Shown one piece after another: positions 34,038-46,200 of a stretch of DNA of 60,661 nucleotides (position 1 is the stretch's first letter; every line of letters begins with the position of its first letter). The position numbers and the translations under genes are program-made. The stretch comes from a virus. Lineage: Duplodnaviria; Caudoviricetes. The stretch spans positions 1 to 60,661 of IMG/VR virus record IMGVR_UViG_3300027659_000037. One strand, 5' to 3'. The notes under the pieces are model-generated. The model was given only the letters and a program-made list of their open reading frames with translations, had not been told where the DNA came from and ran no database searches.

Positions 34038-35594
34038 ATGCAAGTCATTGATAACACGGCGGTACACATGAAAATACCGTCAAACGAACTTGGTCACTTG
34101 GTCGGGCACATTGAAAGGTGCGAAGTACTAAGAGACGACGGCAAGTTTGCTGAAGTAATGGTGTATTGGGGCATTAAAGAGATGCAACGCCTCATCAAAG
34201 TCTATGGTGATGCGCCGTCCCCAATGTTCAACGAATACGACTGGCCTGGGATGTATACGCCATTCGTCCACCAGAAAACTACTGCCTCATACCTTGCCTT
34301 ACGACAACGGGCCTTTTGCTTTAATGAAGCAGGCACAGGCAAGACATCGTCCGTCATCTGGGCGGCAGACTACCTGATAAATCAAGGACTGGTCAAACGG
34401 ATACTGGTCATCTGCCCACTGTCAATTATGTACTCCGCATGGCAGGCCGACATCTTTAAAACAGCAATGCACCGCACTGTCGGCGTGGCGTACGGCGATG
34501 CGAACAGACGCAAGAAAATCATCAACGGGGAGTACGAATTCGTCATCATTAACTTCGATGGAGTGGGAACAGTTTCCGAAGAAATAGGTAAAGTAGGGTT
34601 TGACCTAATTGTGATTGACGAAGCGAACGCATATAAAACGGTAACTACAAAACGTTGGAAGACCTTGGCAAAACTAATCACTCCCGCAACCCGTCTTTGG
34701 ATGATGACAGGCACACCCGCCTCACAGTCTCCGATGGATGCGTTTGGCTTGGCGAAGCTGGTTAACCCTATCGGTGTGCCCAAGTACATGACATCGTGGC
34801 GCGACAAAGTAATGCACCAAGTAACGCCGTTCAAGTGGGTTCCCAAGGCGACTTCACAGCAGGATGTGTTCAACGCATTGCAACCTGCCATCCGGTTTGA
34901 GAAGGCTCAGTGTCTTGACTTGCCTATGGTCATGTATCAGACCAGAGAGATACCGTTGTCCCCGCAAGCCGCCAAGTATTACAAAGTGCTGAGAGATCAA
35001 CTGCTCATCGAGGCAGTGGGGGAAACAGTCAGTGCTGTCAATGCGGCGGCGAAGCTCACCAAGCTGTTGCAGATTGCTGGTGGCGCTGTCTACACAGACG
35101 ACAGAGAAGTCATTGAGTTTGATGTATCCCCAAGGCTTAACGCCTTGATGGAGGTGATTGATGAGACCAATAACAAGGTCATTGTGTTCGTACCGTACAC
35201 CCACACCATCAAGTTGGTGGCACGGCATTTAAATCAACAAGGAGTAATAAATGAAATCATAGAAGGAAGCGTCAGTGCAAAACTGCGGTCTGACATTATC
35301 AACAAGTTTCAAACCGCAAAGGATCCACGTGTTCTGGTCATTCAGCCACAAGCCGCCTCGCACGGGGTAACGCTGACTGCCGCTGACACAGTGGTGTTTT
35401 GGTCGCCTGTCATGAGCGTAGAAACGTACATACAGTGCATTGCCCGTATCGACCGAGTTGGGCAGGTCAACAGTATGACGGTGGTACATCTACAGGGCGC
35501 GGAGGTTGAGCGCAGGGTGTACCAGATGCTTCAAGGTAAGGTGGATTCACATGAGAAGTTGGTCGATCTTTACAAACAGGAGTTAGGGATATGA
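34038..35594 (+). CDS. SNF2-family (SF2) helicase
   Basis: EAGTGKT, IVIDEA, MTGTP, HGVTLT, QCIARIDRVGQ. Confidence 0.9.
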   Translation: MQVIDNTAVHMKIPSNELGHLVGHIERCEVLRDDGKFAEVMVYWGIKEMQRLIKVYGDAPSPMFNEYDWPGMYTPFVHQKTTASYLALRQRAFCFNEAGTGKTSSVIWAADYLINQGLVKRILVICPLSIMYSAWQADIFKTAMHRTVGVAYGDANRRKKIINGEYEFVIINFDGVGTVSEEIGKVGFDLIVIDEANAYKTVTTKRWKTLAKLITPATRLWMMTGTPASQSPMDAFGLAKLVNPIGVPKYMTSWRDKVMHQVTPFKWVPKATSQQDVFNALQPAIRFEKAQCLDLPMVMYQTREIPLSPQAAKYYKVLRDQLLIEAVGETVSAVNAAAKLTKLLQIAGGAVYTDDREVIEFDVSPRLNALMEVIDETNNKVIVFVPYTHTIKLVARHLNQQGVINEIIEGSVSAKLRSDIINKFQTAKDPRVLVIQPQAASHGVTLTAADTVVFWSPVMSVETYIQCIARIDRVGQVNSMTVVHLQGAEVERRVYQMLQGKVDSHEKLVDLYKQELGI

Positions 35595-36010
35595 GTGCAG
35601 TCGAAGAAATTGAAGACACAAAACTGGATGAATTAGTCAAGGTATACTTGACAATACGTTCAGCACGTGAGAAGATGAAAGCTGAGTGGGAAGGTGAAGA
35701 TAGGGCACTTGAGGATGAGATGAAAGTCCTTGAGCAAAATTTCATGGTGACCTGCAATGAGAGTAATGCCAAAAGCATCCGCACAAACAACGGCACAGTG
35801 ATTCGCAAATTGAACGAACGCTTTACCGTAGCTGATGGCGAAAGCTTCAGAAAGTTTGTGTTGGAGAACGAGGCGGTTGATCTGTTGGAAGCACGTATCC
35901 ATCAGGGCAACTTCAAGGAATTCATAAAGGATCGCGCAGCCGATGGCTTGCCGCCCGGAGTGAATGTAATGAGGGAATTCACGATCACCGTGCGTAAACC
36001 CTCGAATTAA
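35591..36010 (+). CDS. Conserved replication-module hypothetical protein
   Basis: LVKVYLTIR...SIRTNNGTV...LLEARIHQGN...PPGVN. Confidence 0.7.
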   Translation: MSAVEEIEDTKLDELVKVYLTIRSAREKMKAEWEGEDRALEDEMKVLEQNFMVTCNESNAKSIRTNNGTVIRKLNERFTVADGESFRKFVLENEAVDLLEARIHQGNFKEFIKDRAADGLPPGVNVMREFTITVRKPSN

Positions 36011-36040
36011 TCAGTCAGTTTAGTAAACAAGGAAAATCAA

Positions 36041-36877
36041 ATGAGTACAGATCTCGCAACAATGTTCAGTGGTGCAATGGTTCCCGTTGAGGGCTTGGAT
36101 GAAGACACACTTGCCGTAGCAGGCGGTGCGCGTTCCAACAAACGCATCTCAATTAAAGGCGGCGTGTTCCGCAAATATTCTGGTGGCAAGGAAATCGGTG
36201 CAATCGAAGACCGCCACATGAACGTCATCTTTGTGAAGATGGCACACAAAGCATCCCGTATGTTCTACGAGGGTGTGTATCAAGAAGGCCAGAAGATCAG
36301 CCCGAACTGCTGGTCAACAGATTCTGAGACCCCTGACGCTGATGTCAAGGCTCCCGTAGCAAGCAAGTGCGCAGACTGCGATAAGGCCGTCAAAGGTTCT
36401 GGTCAAGGTGGTTCTGGTACAGCTTGCCGCCTGTCTTGGCGCACTGCCGTGGTGTTGCCTAATGATCCGGCTGGTGATGTGATGCAGTTGGTTCTCCCCG
36501 CTACATCTGCCTTCGGTAAAGAAGACAACGGTCGTTTCCCATTCCGTCCTTACATCCAGCACCTTGCGTCGCACAACGTAAGCGCTGGCCGGGTGATTAC
36601 TAAGATGGCCTTCGATACGAAATCTCCTACGCCAAAGGTTTTGTTCAGCCCCGCTGGCAAAGTGGAAGATGACGATTTGCAAACTATCGCACGTCAGGCA
36701 AAAAGCCCTGCTGCTGAAGCCGCTGTCAAGATGAACGTCTATCAGGTGGATGTGGCTGGTGAGGTGGAAGTCGCTCAACCAGAATCTGTTCCAGAACCAA
36801 CGAAGGTTGCCTCTGATAAACCCGTCGCTGATGATAAAAATATCTCAGACGTTGTTAAAAAATGGTCTAAGAAGTAA
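36041..36877 (+). CDS. Putative ssDNA-binding protein
   Basis: RISIKGGVFR, CWS.D...C..C..C, beta-rich core and acidic tail; position in the replication module. Confidence 0.55.
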   Translation: MSTDLATMFSGAMVPVEGLDEDTLAVAGGARSNKRISIKGGVFRKYSGGKEIGAIEDRHMNVIFVKMAHKASRMFYEGVYQEGQKISPNCWSTDSETPDADVKAPVASKCADCDKAVKGSGQGGSGTACRLSWRTAVVLPNDPAGDVMQLVLPATSAFGKEDNGRFPFRPYIQHLASHNVSAGRVITKMAFDTKSPTPKVLFSPAGKVEDDDLQTIARQAKSPAAEAAVKMNVYQVDVAGEVEVAQPESVPEPTKVASDKPVADDKNISDVVKKWSKK

Positions 36878-36886
36878 GGAGTAAGG

Positions 36887-37207
36887 ATGTCACGGACATA
36901 CAGTAAACCGTTTCTTGATGAGTTGGAGAAGGCAAACCCGAATAGAGTAGGGATTGCCCTAGCTAATGCTTGCGTGAAGGCAAACCTGCCTGCAAAGTAT
37001 GTAGCATATGCGTTAGAGGTGACTCGGATGACGGTCTACAGTTGGTTCCGTGGCAGTCATGTCCGGCATAAAAATATGCTGAAGCTTGAAGCTATTACAA
37101 ACCTCATTGAGAGCGATACCGCAAAGGGTATTCTTCCAGCGACAAGCAATGCACAGGCAAAAGCCTATCTTGAAGACATGGTCGGGAGGTCATTCGACAA
37201 GAACTAA
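36887..37207 (+). CDS. HTH DNA-binding protein
   Basis: YVAYALEVTRMTVYSWFRG. Confidence 0.7.
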   Translation: MSRTYSKPFLDELEKANPNRVGIALANACVKANLPAKYVAYALEVTRMTVYSWFRGSHVRHKNMLKLEAITNLIESDTAKGILPATSNAQAKAYLEDMVGRSFDKN

Positions 37208-37234
37208 ACGGAGGTAACTCCGACATCATCAACC

Positions 37235-37259
37235 AGAGCGAGCATAGCCTCGCTCTTTT
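37235..37259 (+). terminator. Terminator/attenuator-like hairpin
   Basis: AGAGCGAG-catagc-CTCGCTCT plus TTT. Confidence 0.5.
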
Positions 37260-37274
37260 CAACTCTGGCGAGAC

Positions 37275-40112
37275 ATGTTAAAACAATTCTACGAGAAAGC
37301 ATTGCCAAGTCAGGGTGTCTACTGTGTCAGTGGTTTGTCCAACGGGAGAATGGCAAACCGATTCGCGGAGACACTCGACGGCGTATTGGAAGAAATTGAA
37401 AAGCTTAATAAAAAGGGGGCAGATGTATTTGTAGCACTGGGGACGTTTGAAGGGTACAGCCGTAAGGCAGATGACTGTTTATTCGTCAGGTCGTTCTTCA
37501 TTGATCTGGATGTAGGTGAAGGCAAGAAGTGCGCAACAAAAGAGGATGCCCATGCAGAGATAGAAAGCATCCTAAACCAGACAGGACTACCGGAACCCGT
37601 GCGGATTGATTCAGGCGGTGGCATACACGCTTACTGGATCATGGACACAGACATCCCCAAGGATGAATGGAAGCCAGCCGCAGAGGTATTCAAATCGCTT
37701 TGCCTACAGTATGGCGCTATTGATCCCGTAGTTACAGCAGATGCTGCACGAATCATGCGGTGTCCTGAGACATTCAATCACAAGACAGGGACTCCACGCC
37801 CTACATCAATCATCAGCAATGAGATTCCTGTATATGAATGGAAAGAGTTCAAAGCGTTTTTGTTGGGTGAAGAAGGCGAGGTTGTAGCGGTAGAGCCTAG
37901 GTCGCCTGAGATGGAGGATATTCTTGCAAGCATACCCAAAGGCTTGGATGAAGATACCAAGGCGCTGTTAAAGCTGGATAACTTCCCGAGGACGTATGAA
38001 GCTCTCATAAATAAATCAAAAGATGGTGGGGGGTGTAATCAAGTTAAGTATGCCTACGATCATGCTCATGAATTAGAAGAACCAATGTGGCACGCGATCA
38101 TAGCAATCGCAAAGTTCTGTGATGACGGCGCAGATGCCATACACGGATTATCTCAACCTGACCCAAGATATTCACATGCAGAAACCGAAGAAGTTGCAGG
38201 TCGCGCGCCTGCTCCACGCACCTGTGAGTGGTTCATCAAAGACTATCCCGAACGATGCGATGGATGTCAACACAGAGGCAAGATCGTCAGTCCCATCACT
38301 CTTGCCAGAGAGTTCACCCCCGCCCCGAAAACAAATAAGGAGAAACCAGTATGGGAGGTATCGGATACCAAAGCGATTTCTGATTTCCCAGAATTTCTGA
38401 TGCCCTACGTGCGGGGACAGCACGGCGGTATTTACTTTGTTCCAGCACCTAAAGTTGACAAGAAAGGCGTAAAGCACCAAGACGATCCTATCCTTATCCT
38501 TGCAAACAACCTTTACCCCGTCGTTCGTATGGTCAGCCCACACGAAGGCGAATGCTTACAGATGCGTCTTGAACTCCCCAAAGACGGAAATCGTGAGTTT
38601 TTACTTCCAATGAAGCATGTCTATGCCAAGGAAGCCTTCAAGGCCATCATGTCGAGCAATGGCGTTTTCTTCAACTCAGCACATGACCAACATCTTATGA
38701 ACTACATCGTTAAATGGGGACAATTCATGCAAACAACCGACAAAGCACTTTTGATGCGTATGCAAATGGGATGGACGCAAGAGCGTACAGATCCAGATTG
38801 GGACAAGCGGAGCTTCGTCATCGGCAAGAAAGAGATCACGCACACAGGCGAGATCATTGATGCGCCCTCTTCTCCTTTTGTCAAAGGGCTTGCCAAGCAC
38901 CTGACACAGCACGGCACGTTAGAGCGCTGGCGTGAGTCGATAGATTTCTTGAACAACCCAGAGTTTGAACTTCATGCGTTTGCTGCTATGAGTGGGTTTG
39001 GTTCCCCATTGATGCCCTTTACGTCAACTTCCGGCGTGGTTATGAGCCTTACTGGCAAGTCAGGCAATGCCAAGACAGGCGCAATGTACGGTGGCCTGAG
39101 CGTGTTTGGGCATCCCAAGGATCTGAGTGTGGTCAAGGCAACTGATAACGGATTGACAGGACGTTACCTCGGTCTGCACAACCTGATGTTTGGGTTAGAT
39201 GAAGTGGGCGACAAGAAGGCTGAGGAGTTGGGTAGTTTGATCCACGGTATCTCTCATGGTAAAGCCAAGATCAGGATGCAGAGTTCAGTCAACGCTGAAC
39301 GAGAGTATGAGATGTCTGCCTCATTGATTGCTGTGCTTACATCGAACCATGGGCTTTACGGCATATTGGAATCTAAGAAGATGAGCCTTGATGGGGAAGC
39401 AGCTCGACTGATTGAGCTGGCTATCAGGAAGCCCCGTATGCTCGAGTTGGACGGCACACTCGGGCCAAAGATCTTTGACGCATTCCGGTTTAACTACGGA
39501 CACGCTGGCCCCCTATTTATGCGCCACGTCATGATGGAAGGTGACCAATACATACTCGATCAGATCAAGTACTGGGAAGATAGATTCTTGAAAGACTTTG
39601 GTAACTACAGCGAGTACCGTTTCTATCAAAACCTTGTAGCAGCAAACTTCACAGGGGCATCAATCGCCAACGAGACCAAGCTGACAGGCTACGACATTGA
39701 GCGCATCTACCCCAGAGTCATCCAAGAGATGATTAGCATCAGAGAGACCGTGGTGCGGGTCAACTTCACAGACTATCAATCCCTGCTTGGTGACTTCATC
39801 AACAAGAATATGGCGAACATCCTTGTGCTTAAAGATGGCAAGACCACAATGGAACCCCGGGGCCAGATCGTTGCGCGTATTGTCAGTGATGAGAATCTTT
39901 TGCAAGTCTCCAAGTCTGAGTTCAAGAAGTATCTGTCAGAGCGCATGATTGGGGCGCGGGAGTTTGAGGCAGACATGCGGGAACGCAAGGTGCTGTTTGA
40001 TGATAAGAAGGGGCGGCTGACCACAGGTTGGAAGAGCGCTATCAGTACTGATCCGGCATACTTGTATTGGTTCAGAACAGAGATCCCAAGCGAACTGCTC
40101 AATGGTTTCTGA
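37275..40112 (+). CDS. Primase-helicase (AEP/RepB-like N-terminus, DUF927-like ATPase)
   Basis: FIDLD, SGGGIHAYW, DAARIMRCPETFNHK; C..C..C Zn motif; GKSGNAKT and LDEV. Confidence 0.85.
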   Translation: MLKQFYEKALPSQGVYCVSGLSNGRMANRFAETLDGVLEEIEKLNKKGADVFVALGTFEGYSRKADDCLFVRSFFIDLDVGEGKKCATKEDAHAEIESILNQTGLPEPVRIDSGGGIHAYWIMDTDIPKDEWKPAAEVFKSLCLQYGAIDPVVTADAARIMRCPETFNHKTGTPRPTSIISNEIPVYEWKEFKAFLLGEEGEVVAVEPRSPEMEDILASIPKGLDEDTKALLKLDNFPRTYEALINKSKDGGGCNQVKYAYDHAHELEEPMWHAIIAIAKFCDDGADAIHGLSQPDPRYSHAETEEVAGRAPAPRTCEWFIKDYPERCDGCQHRGKIVSPITLAREFTPAPKTNKEKPVWEVSDTKAISDFPEFLMPYVRGQHGGIYFVPAPKVDKKGVKHQDDPILILANNLYPVVRMVSPHEGECLQMRLELPKDGNREFLLPMKHVYAKEAFKAIMSSNGVFFNSAHDQHLMNYIVKWGQFMQTTDKALLMRMQMGWTQERTDPDWDKRSFVIGKKEITHTGEIIDAPSSPFVKGLAKHLTQHGTLERWRESIDFLNNPEFELHAFAAMSGFGSPLMPFTSTSGVVMSLTGKSGNAKTGAMYGGLSVFGHPKDLSVVKATDNGLTGRYLGLHNLMFGLDEVGDKKAEELGSLIHGISHGKAKIRMQSSVNAEREYEMSASLIAVLTSNHGLYGILESKKMSLDGEAARLIELAIRKPRMLELDGTLGPKIFDAFRFNYGHAGPLFMRHVMMEGDQYILDQIKYWEDRFLKDFGNYSEYRFYQNLVAANFTGASIANETKLTGYDIERIYPRVIQEMISIRETVVRVNFTDYQSLLGDFINKNMANILVLKDGKTTMEPRGQIVARIVSDENLLQVSKSEFKKYLSERMIGAREFEADMRERKVLFDDKKGRLTTGWKSAISTDPAYLYWFRTEIPSELLNGF

Positions 40113-40296
40113 ACCAGATTGGGTATTTCCGTTTGAAGTTATGGAGGTAGGGGACAGTTTCTTTGTCCCCACCCTTCGCTTTGCTGAGATGATCTACTCG
40201 ATTGACAGCGGTGCAAAACGTGCCGGTATTAGGGTCAAGTCCTACATCGTCGTCAAAGAAGATCACATCGGAGTGCGCACGTGGCGCATCCGTTAA
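40102..40296 (+). CDS. Small putative DNA-binding protein
   Basis: FPFEVMEVGDSFFVP...GVRTWRI motif. Confidence 0.7.
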   Translation: MVSEPDWVFPFEVMEVGDSFFVPTLRFAEMIYSIDSGAKRAGIRVKSYIVVKEDHIGVRTWRIR

Positions 40297-43200
40297 GGCT
40301 TGACTCCATACGCTTTAAACATTGCGATCATTTCATGTTTAATCATGTTCTCTTGCAGGATAGTCACTTTCAACATTTTATCTCGTATCTTAGGGCTTAG
40401 ACTTCCATCTAAACGGATCTGATTTGCCTCAGCCCTGAGTCTATTAAGTTCAACAACCTGTTGTTTGTAGATTTCTACAATATCCCTGTGCATGGGATTT
40501 TGCATGTCGTACTTTATTCCTGCAACTGGCGCGGCGGTATCAAATGTATTTAATTTTTGTTGGATTTCTTTTATTTGTTTTTCAACTGAACTAAATTCTC
40601 GAGAGTCCACATTGGACTTTGACCCAAAGAAAGATCCAATCAAAGGTAAATCAGTTTTAGGGTTGAACTCTTTTGCACCTTTGCTTAAATTAAACATACC
40701 GTAGATTAACTCGCCAACCTTGCCAAGACCGTCAAGATAGCTGTTTGTAAAAAAGTACAGCGTGTTAGGGCTAACATCAACTCCACCCACGCCAAGTCCC
40801 GGCACGTCTGATTTAAACAATTCTTTGGCAACGGTCTTGTATATCTCAGGAATCTTGTCCCCGCCTGTGTACGCATCGCCCATGCGTCGCGCTGTTGCGC
40901 TGTTGATATCTTGCCCAATGCCGTTTTTGTTCATTAGAAATTCGGTCAGGGGTCGAATCACAGTAGGCATCAATGAGTCAACGGCAAAAGCCAAAGGTGC
41001 TTCAGATGCGGGAATCTTAGAAATAGGAAGCGGCACAAACGAGTCTGCCATGATGGACATCACAATACTACTCATGCCATCTTTAAGGGAAGTCTGCCCA
41101 CGAGTCATGCCAGCAACTTGTGCACCCATCGCTGCAAATGCTCCCAAACCAAATCCCCACGGCACTTGAAAGATTACACCTCTGCCCAAGCCTAGACTCT
41201 CTGAAACACTGTCAGGAATATGAAACCGAGCGTTGCGAGTCCATTGCTGCATGTTGTCAGTCTTGACTGTGTTGCGCCCAAACTCATCGTCAGGAGCCAT
41301 CATCTCTGCCATCATGTACAAAAGGTACCCCATGCCAGACAAGGCAGTAATCATGATCCGTGCATTGCGTTGCTTCTCCGCGTAGGCGGTACGGAACTTA
41401 GCCACAGCCTCAGGGTCACTTTGAATGTTGGCAGGCAAACCAGCCACCACGTCATCAATGTTACGGAACGCAGGCGCAACGGCTTCAATGGAGCGTTTGG
41501 CACTGATTGCTGAGGGGCGGATAAACATGTACAACGCACCCATGCCACGGCTGTACGTACCCTTCTGCTCAAAGTTGGTCATCTCTTTTGCATAGGTCGC
41601 CGCTTGAACTGCCGCCGCTTTTTCAGCCGCAGACATCTGACCGTTGGGGCCGGGCGTTGTTGAGAGGCCGTTCGCTATTTGTTCTTTTAGGGCACGTTCT
41701 TTCTCTTGAGCGTACACCGCTGCGCGGCTGGTAAATTCAAACATGTTGTTCCATGTATCTACCAGCAGGTTGAACTGATCTAGTTTGGTGATCGTACGTG
41801 ATTTGCCAGTAGATTCAGCCAGCTTTTCCATATTGGTTTTCAAAGAGAAGCTTTGTATGTAAGTAGTCTTTGCACCGTTTTCAAGGTACTCAACCATATT
41901 CTTTACGTACGCATCCTCTTTCACCATCTTAGCAAGCAGTGCTTTGCTTTCGGGATCGCTTCGATCATGTAAGGAAGCAACTTTCCACGCCTTGGCTATA
42001 CCGTTATTGGCAACAATGTTTGCCGCCATTGATGTAGCGTACTGAAGTGCGGCAGCAGGGCCACGATCTGCACCAATGTTGAATGAATTAAACAACGCGT
42101 CGCGTATAAAGTTCATCGGCGCAAAGTTGTAGTTGTACCGTGTATGCAGCGAGCCAAAGAAGCCAGTTACTCGATTGGCAGTGTCAAGCAATGTATTGGT
42201 ATCTTGGTAGGTATACCGCAAAGAGTTCAGCAGCTTCTGATTGGTGATCTTGAGAATATCTAGTGAGCCATCTTTGTTGTAGTGAAAGATGTAATCCTCA
42301 CCCTTGTACTTCTTCATGTCGATGTTGTTGCGTTCCAAAAACTCAAAGTGCTTGATGTCCCCCGGAATAATGCCAGCTTCCATTGCATTCTTGATCGACT
42401 GTGTATAGTGTTTACGCCCCGCACGCCCCGCCGCGCGGATAGCATCGGACAAGCTCTGCAAAATTGGGTTATCGGAGACACTGAACCGACCGTCCATAGC
42501 AGCTTGGTATTCCTGCAACTCACGTCCGTTGCGGCGGCTATCAAAATCAAAACTGTCGTCAGCTTGTTTCTTGCCACGATCTTTGCCTTTGAACGGCATG
42601 TAGTTTTTAAACCCGTACAACCCAACAAGGTTTGATACAGGTGTAGACCAATAGTTGCCTTCTCTATTCAGTTCTGTCGTAGTCTTATGCAACTCACGCA
42701 TGGTCGTATAAATTGCTTGAATAGCGTTGTACTCGGCAGGGTTGTTCTGCTGCATATCAGCCAACTGCTGCTCCCGCAAGGCAACTTCAGACTGCTCAAG
42801 TCCCAACACATTGAATGCGCCGTCGTTGATATCTATGGGCATACCTTGCTTAGCTTTGCCGGGAGGCGCGGGTCTATTAAGACGTTCACGCACCTTGTCA
42901 GAAACGCGAGGGCCGTCTCCGTACGCATCAGCGTAGGTATTGGCAAGGTTGGTCAACTCAGTTCGCAAAGCTTTAAGTTGGACTTGAGTCAGTTCTGTTT
43001 TGTGGATCAAACCCGGCTTGTTGGTACGCTCGTCCCCAACAATCTGCACGCGACGTTCAGCAGGGCTGATCTGCACATTATTTTGAGTAAGCAGTTTTTG
43101 TTGACTCAAGGGCACAGTCAGTATAAATTTAACGAGCCGACGCTCAGGCTCGTGCATAGCCTCAGCAATTCTGTGCAGGCGGTTTAGCGCGGGTTTCAGG

Positions 43201-46200
43201 TCTTGCCCAATCAGCGCTGCATATTCTGTTACTTGGCTTTGCAGTTTGTTTTCTGTATCTTGCACACGGTTGATGTACTCGTTCTCACCAAGCGCTGCGC
43301 TGGTGACCGCCCACTCATAGAAGTTGGTGAATTTACCGTTTAAGTCCCGTGAAATCTTACCTGCAAGGTTGTATGTATCGAACAAGTATTTTGCTTCAGT
43401 GCGTCTGTCCACAAGCCATGTGGCAATCCGTCTCCAGCCTTCAGCTGTTGTAAACAACTTCTTTACAAAGTTTTTGCCATCCGGCGCGTCATTGCGATCG
43501 GGGTTGTAAGCAGAGTTGTCACCGTCAATACCATTAGCTGGCCCACTAGCTGGCAACGGTTTCATACTGATCGTACCTTTTTCAGGTACAGCCAGTATGT
43601 CTTCAAATGCAGCTTCAATTTCCAGCCGGTAATTGATGGGAGCTTCCATATCAAGCTTGCCACGCTTGAACAATTCTTTTGTGACGCCAAGCAGTTCAGC
43701 CACCTTCAGCTTAAACTCAGACCACATGGACTTCTTCTCAGGCAAAATTGTTTCTGTCTCTCCTACACCTTGCCGCAACTTAGCCAACTCCAATTGGAAA
43801 GACTTGTTGGTCATAGAGTAGCTGACAAACTCATACAAGTTTTTGTATGCCTCAGGAAACTTCTTGGCAAAAAACTGTCTACTGTCGTCCATTATGCTTT
43901 GCAGTTGTTCCGCTGCTTCAAGCTGCGCCATTGTTAACCCGACACCGTTCTTAGTTAAGAATATATTTAATACCTTAATAGTGGCGGCGTGTACAAGCTC
44001 GTGCATCAACACAGCTTCAGTCGCGCCAAATGGGGTTACAAAGATCGTGTCCGAAGCTGGGTCATAGATTGCAACGTCCTTGCCGGGCAGCTTGTCAACC
44101 ATTTGAATCTGGGTGTTCAGCTTCATGCTGAAAATTGCTTGGGCAATGTTTCGGAAGAACTTATTGTTTGCAGAAGTGCGCAGGAACTGCAACACGCCTT
44201 GGATGTTGTTACCCTTTATATGGGCAAGTACAGCATCAGGCACAAGCCCCTGAGTAGAAGTTCGCTGGCTGGCTTGATTGAGCTTGTCGTACTTCTCTTT
44301 GTTCTGTTTATGTTCTTGCTCAATCTTGTTCTGCACTTCAGCAATACGCAACGCAACGTTACGTTTCTGGTCATTGGTCATCCGTCTTTCTTTTTGAAGC
44401 AGATGAACTCCAAGATTCGCAAAACCTACGTCCTGCTGTAGCCCAGCATTACTAATAATTTGTTGCAGGTATACCTGCTTGTCACCGTCATTAAGTTCGC
44501 CCCATGCAGGAAACTCCACCCCAAACAACTTGCTGCTGACGGCGCGGTTCTGCTCATAGGCGTTTACAAAGCGTTGCTGCTCTGTAGTGAGATTTAATTT
44601 ATCAGCGCTTTTCTTTTTGCGATACGCATCAAGTGCCGCCGCCGCATTGTTGTGTTCTTCAATCGTGTTTTGCCTGATGTTGTCAAAGTAGACATCTTTC
44701 TCGTCAGGCCTTAAATCATTCCACGCAGGGATGAGAACACCTTCCTCACGTTTGGCATCACGGGTTAGGTCATACTCCTCACGCATCTCAGCCGTGATTT
44801 CATATCTACCTTCCTTAGACTCTTCACCTTCTTTTAGAACTTCATATCTTGGTATGGTTCTTGGTTTGCCTTCTTCGTCTACCTTAGACTCAGCCAAATT
44901 CTTCTGGTAATCTTCGTCTGCTGTCTGTTCATACTTGTCAGCCAACTCCATTGCAGCTTGGAGGTTTACCTCGCTACTTTGTTCAGTAGCTACATAACCC
45001 GGAGTTGTGTCAATGCGTTCAGGCTTGCTTGTTGTAACTAATGGAGCGGGCTGTATTGCCTTTCCTGCACCAGTGTCTGTAGCAGGTGTTCCAGTATCAA
45101 CCACTCTGTCTGATTGAGTTGTAGTAGTTCCTCCGGGGGTGACGACAGCACCGGGTTTGCCAGCCACAGTAGCGCCTGCTCCACCTGCACTTGCGATAGG
45201 TTCATTAACATTTTGACCCTTTTCTTTATCTATTTCTTTCCCTGTATGCAAAAACCATAGGGCTTGTTTTACTCCGCCTATTTCTTTTTCTAATTCTTCA
45301 ATTGCTGCTACTGCGTCCCTAACTTTTTGTGAACTGTTACGGCGCAACGTTGGCGCAAAGCCTAAAGCCTCGCGTTTCTTTTCAAGTTCTTCTAATTGAG
45401 CAGTTCTTTCTTGGATGAGCCGATCAACAGTTTCTTCTCTACTCTCAGTAGGAGGCGCAGTCTCATCCGGTTTGACCTCTGTCGTTGCAGGAGTAGTCTC
45501 AATCGGTTTGGTTGCCTGCCCAATAGGCACAGCGGGGCTGAGCATTGCCTCAGTTTCTGCATCAACCTTGGGCGCAGTTCCCGTAGTTTCAGTTTTAGTT
45601 TGGGTCTGCTGAATCTGCTGCTGTTCTTTAAGCGCTTCTGCTTTTTCTTTTTCAAACCTAGCGGTGTAGCCTTCACGCCCACCGATCGCTGCGCCCATAC
45701 CAGCACCAGCTAAACCTTCTAAAGTGCCTTGACTGACAACACCACGAAATGTGGGTACATCAAAGCCTTCACGTTGCAACGCCAAATTTTGTGCGAGTTG
45801 TTCTTGCCCGCCCTGTGGAAACTCGGTTGCAAGCTCTTTACCTGCTGTAATTGCGCCTTGTTTAATAGCCCCGCGTTCAGCAGCTTTTTTGGTCTCTTGT
45901 TCCGCTACCGCTTTAACCGCAGCTCTGGTGGCTTCCTTGCCTGCTGTCTGTGTGGCGGCGGTAGTGGCAGCTTGTTCTGCTGTGGTTCGCCCAATAATAT
46001 CTTTTGCCAACTGCCGAGCAAGGATAGGCTCTGCACCTGTTCTGGCCCCAACTGCGCCAATACCTGCGCCAAGTAGGATCTGATCTAAGTTCTTACCGTC
46101 GTATTCTTGCGCCTTAACCGCAACAGCTTCAATCTGCTCAGGCGTCATCTTGGTTTTTTCAGTCAATACCTGTTTGGTAGCGTCATATATTGCACCCTTA

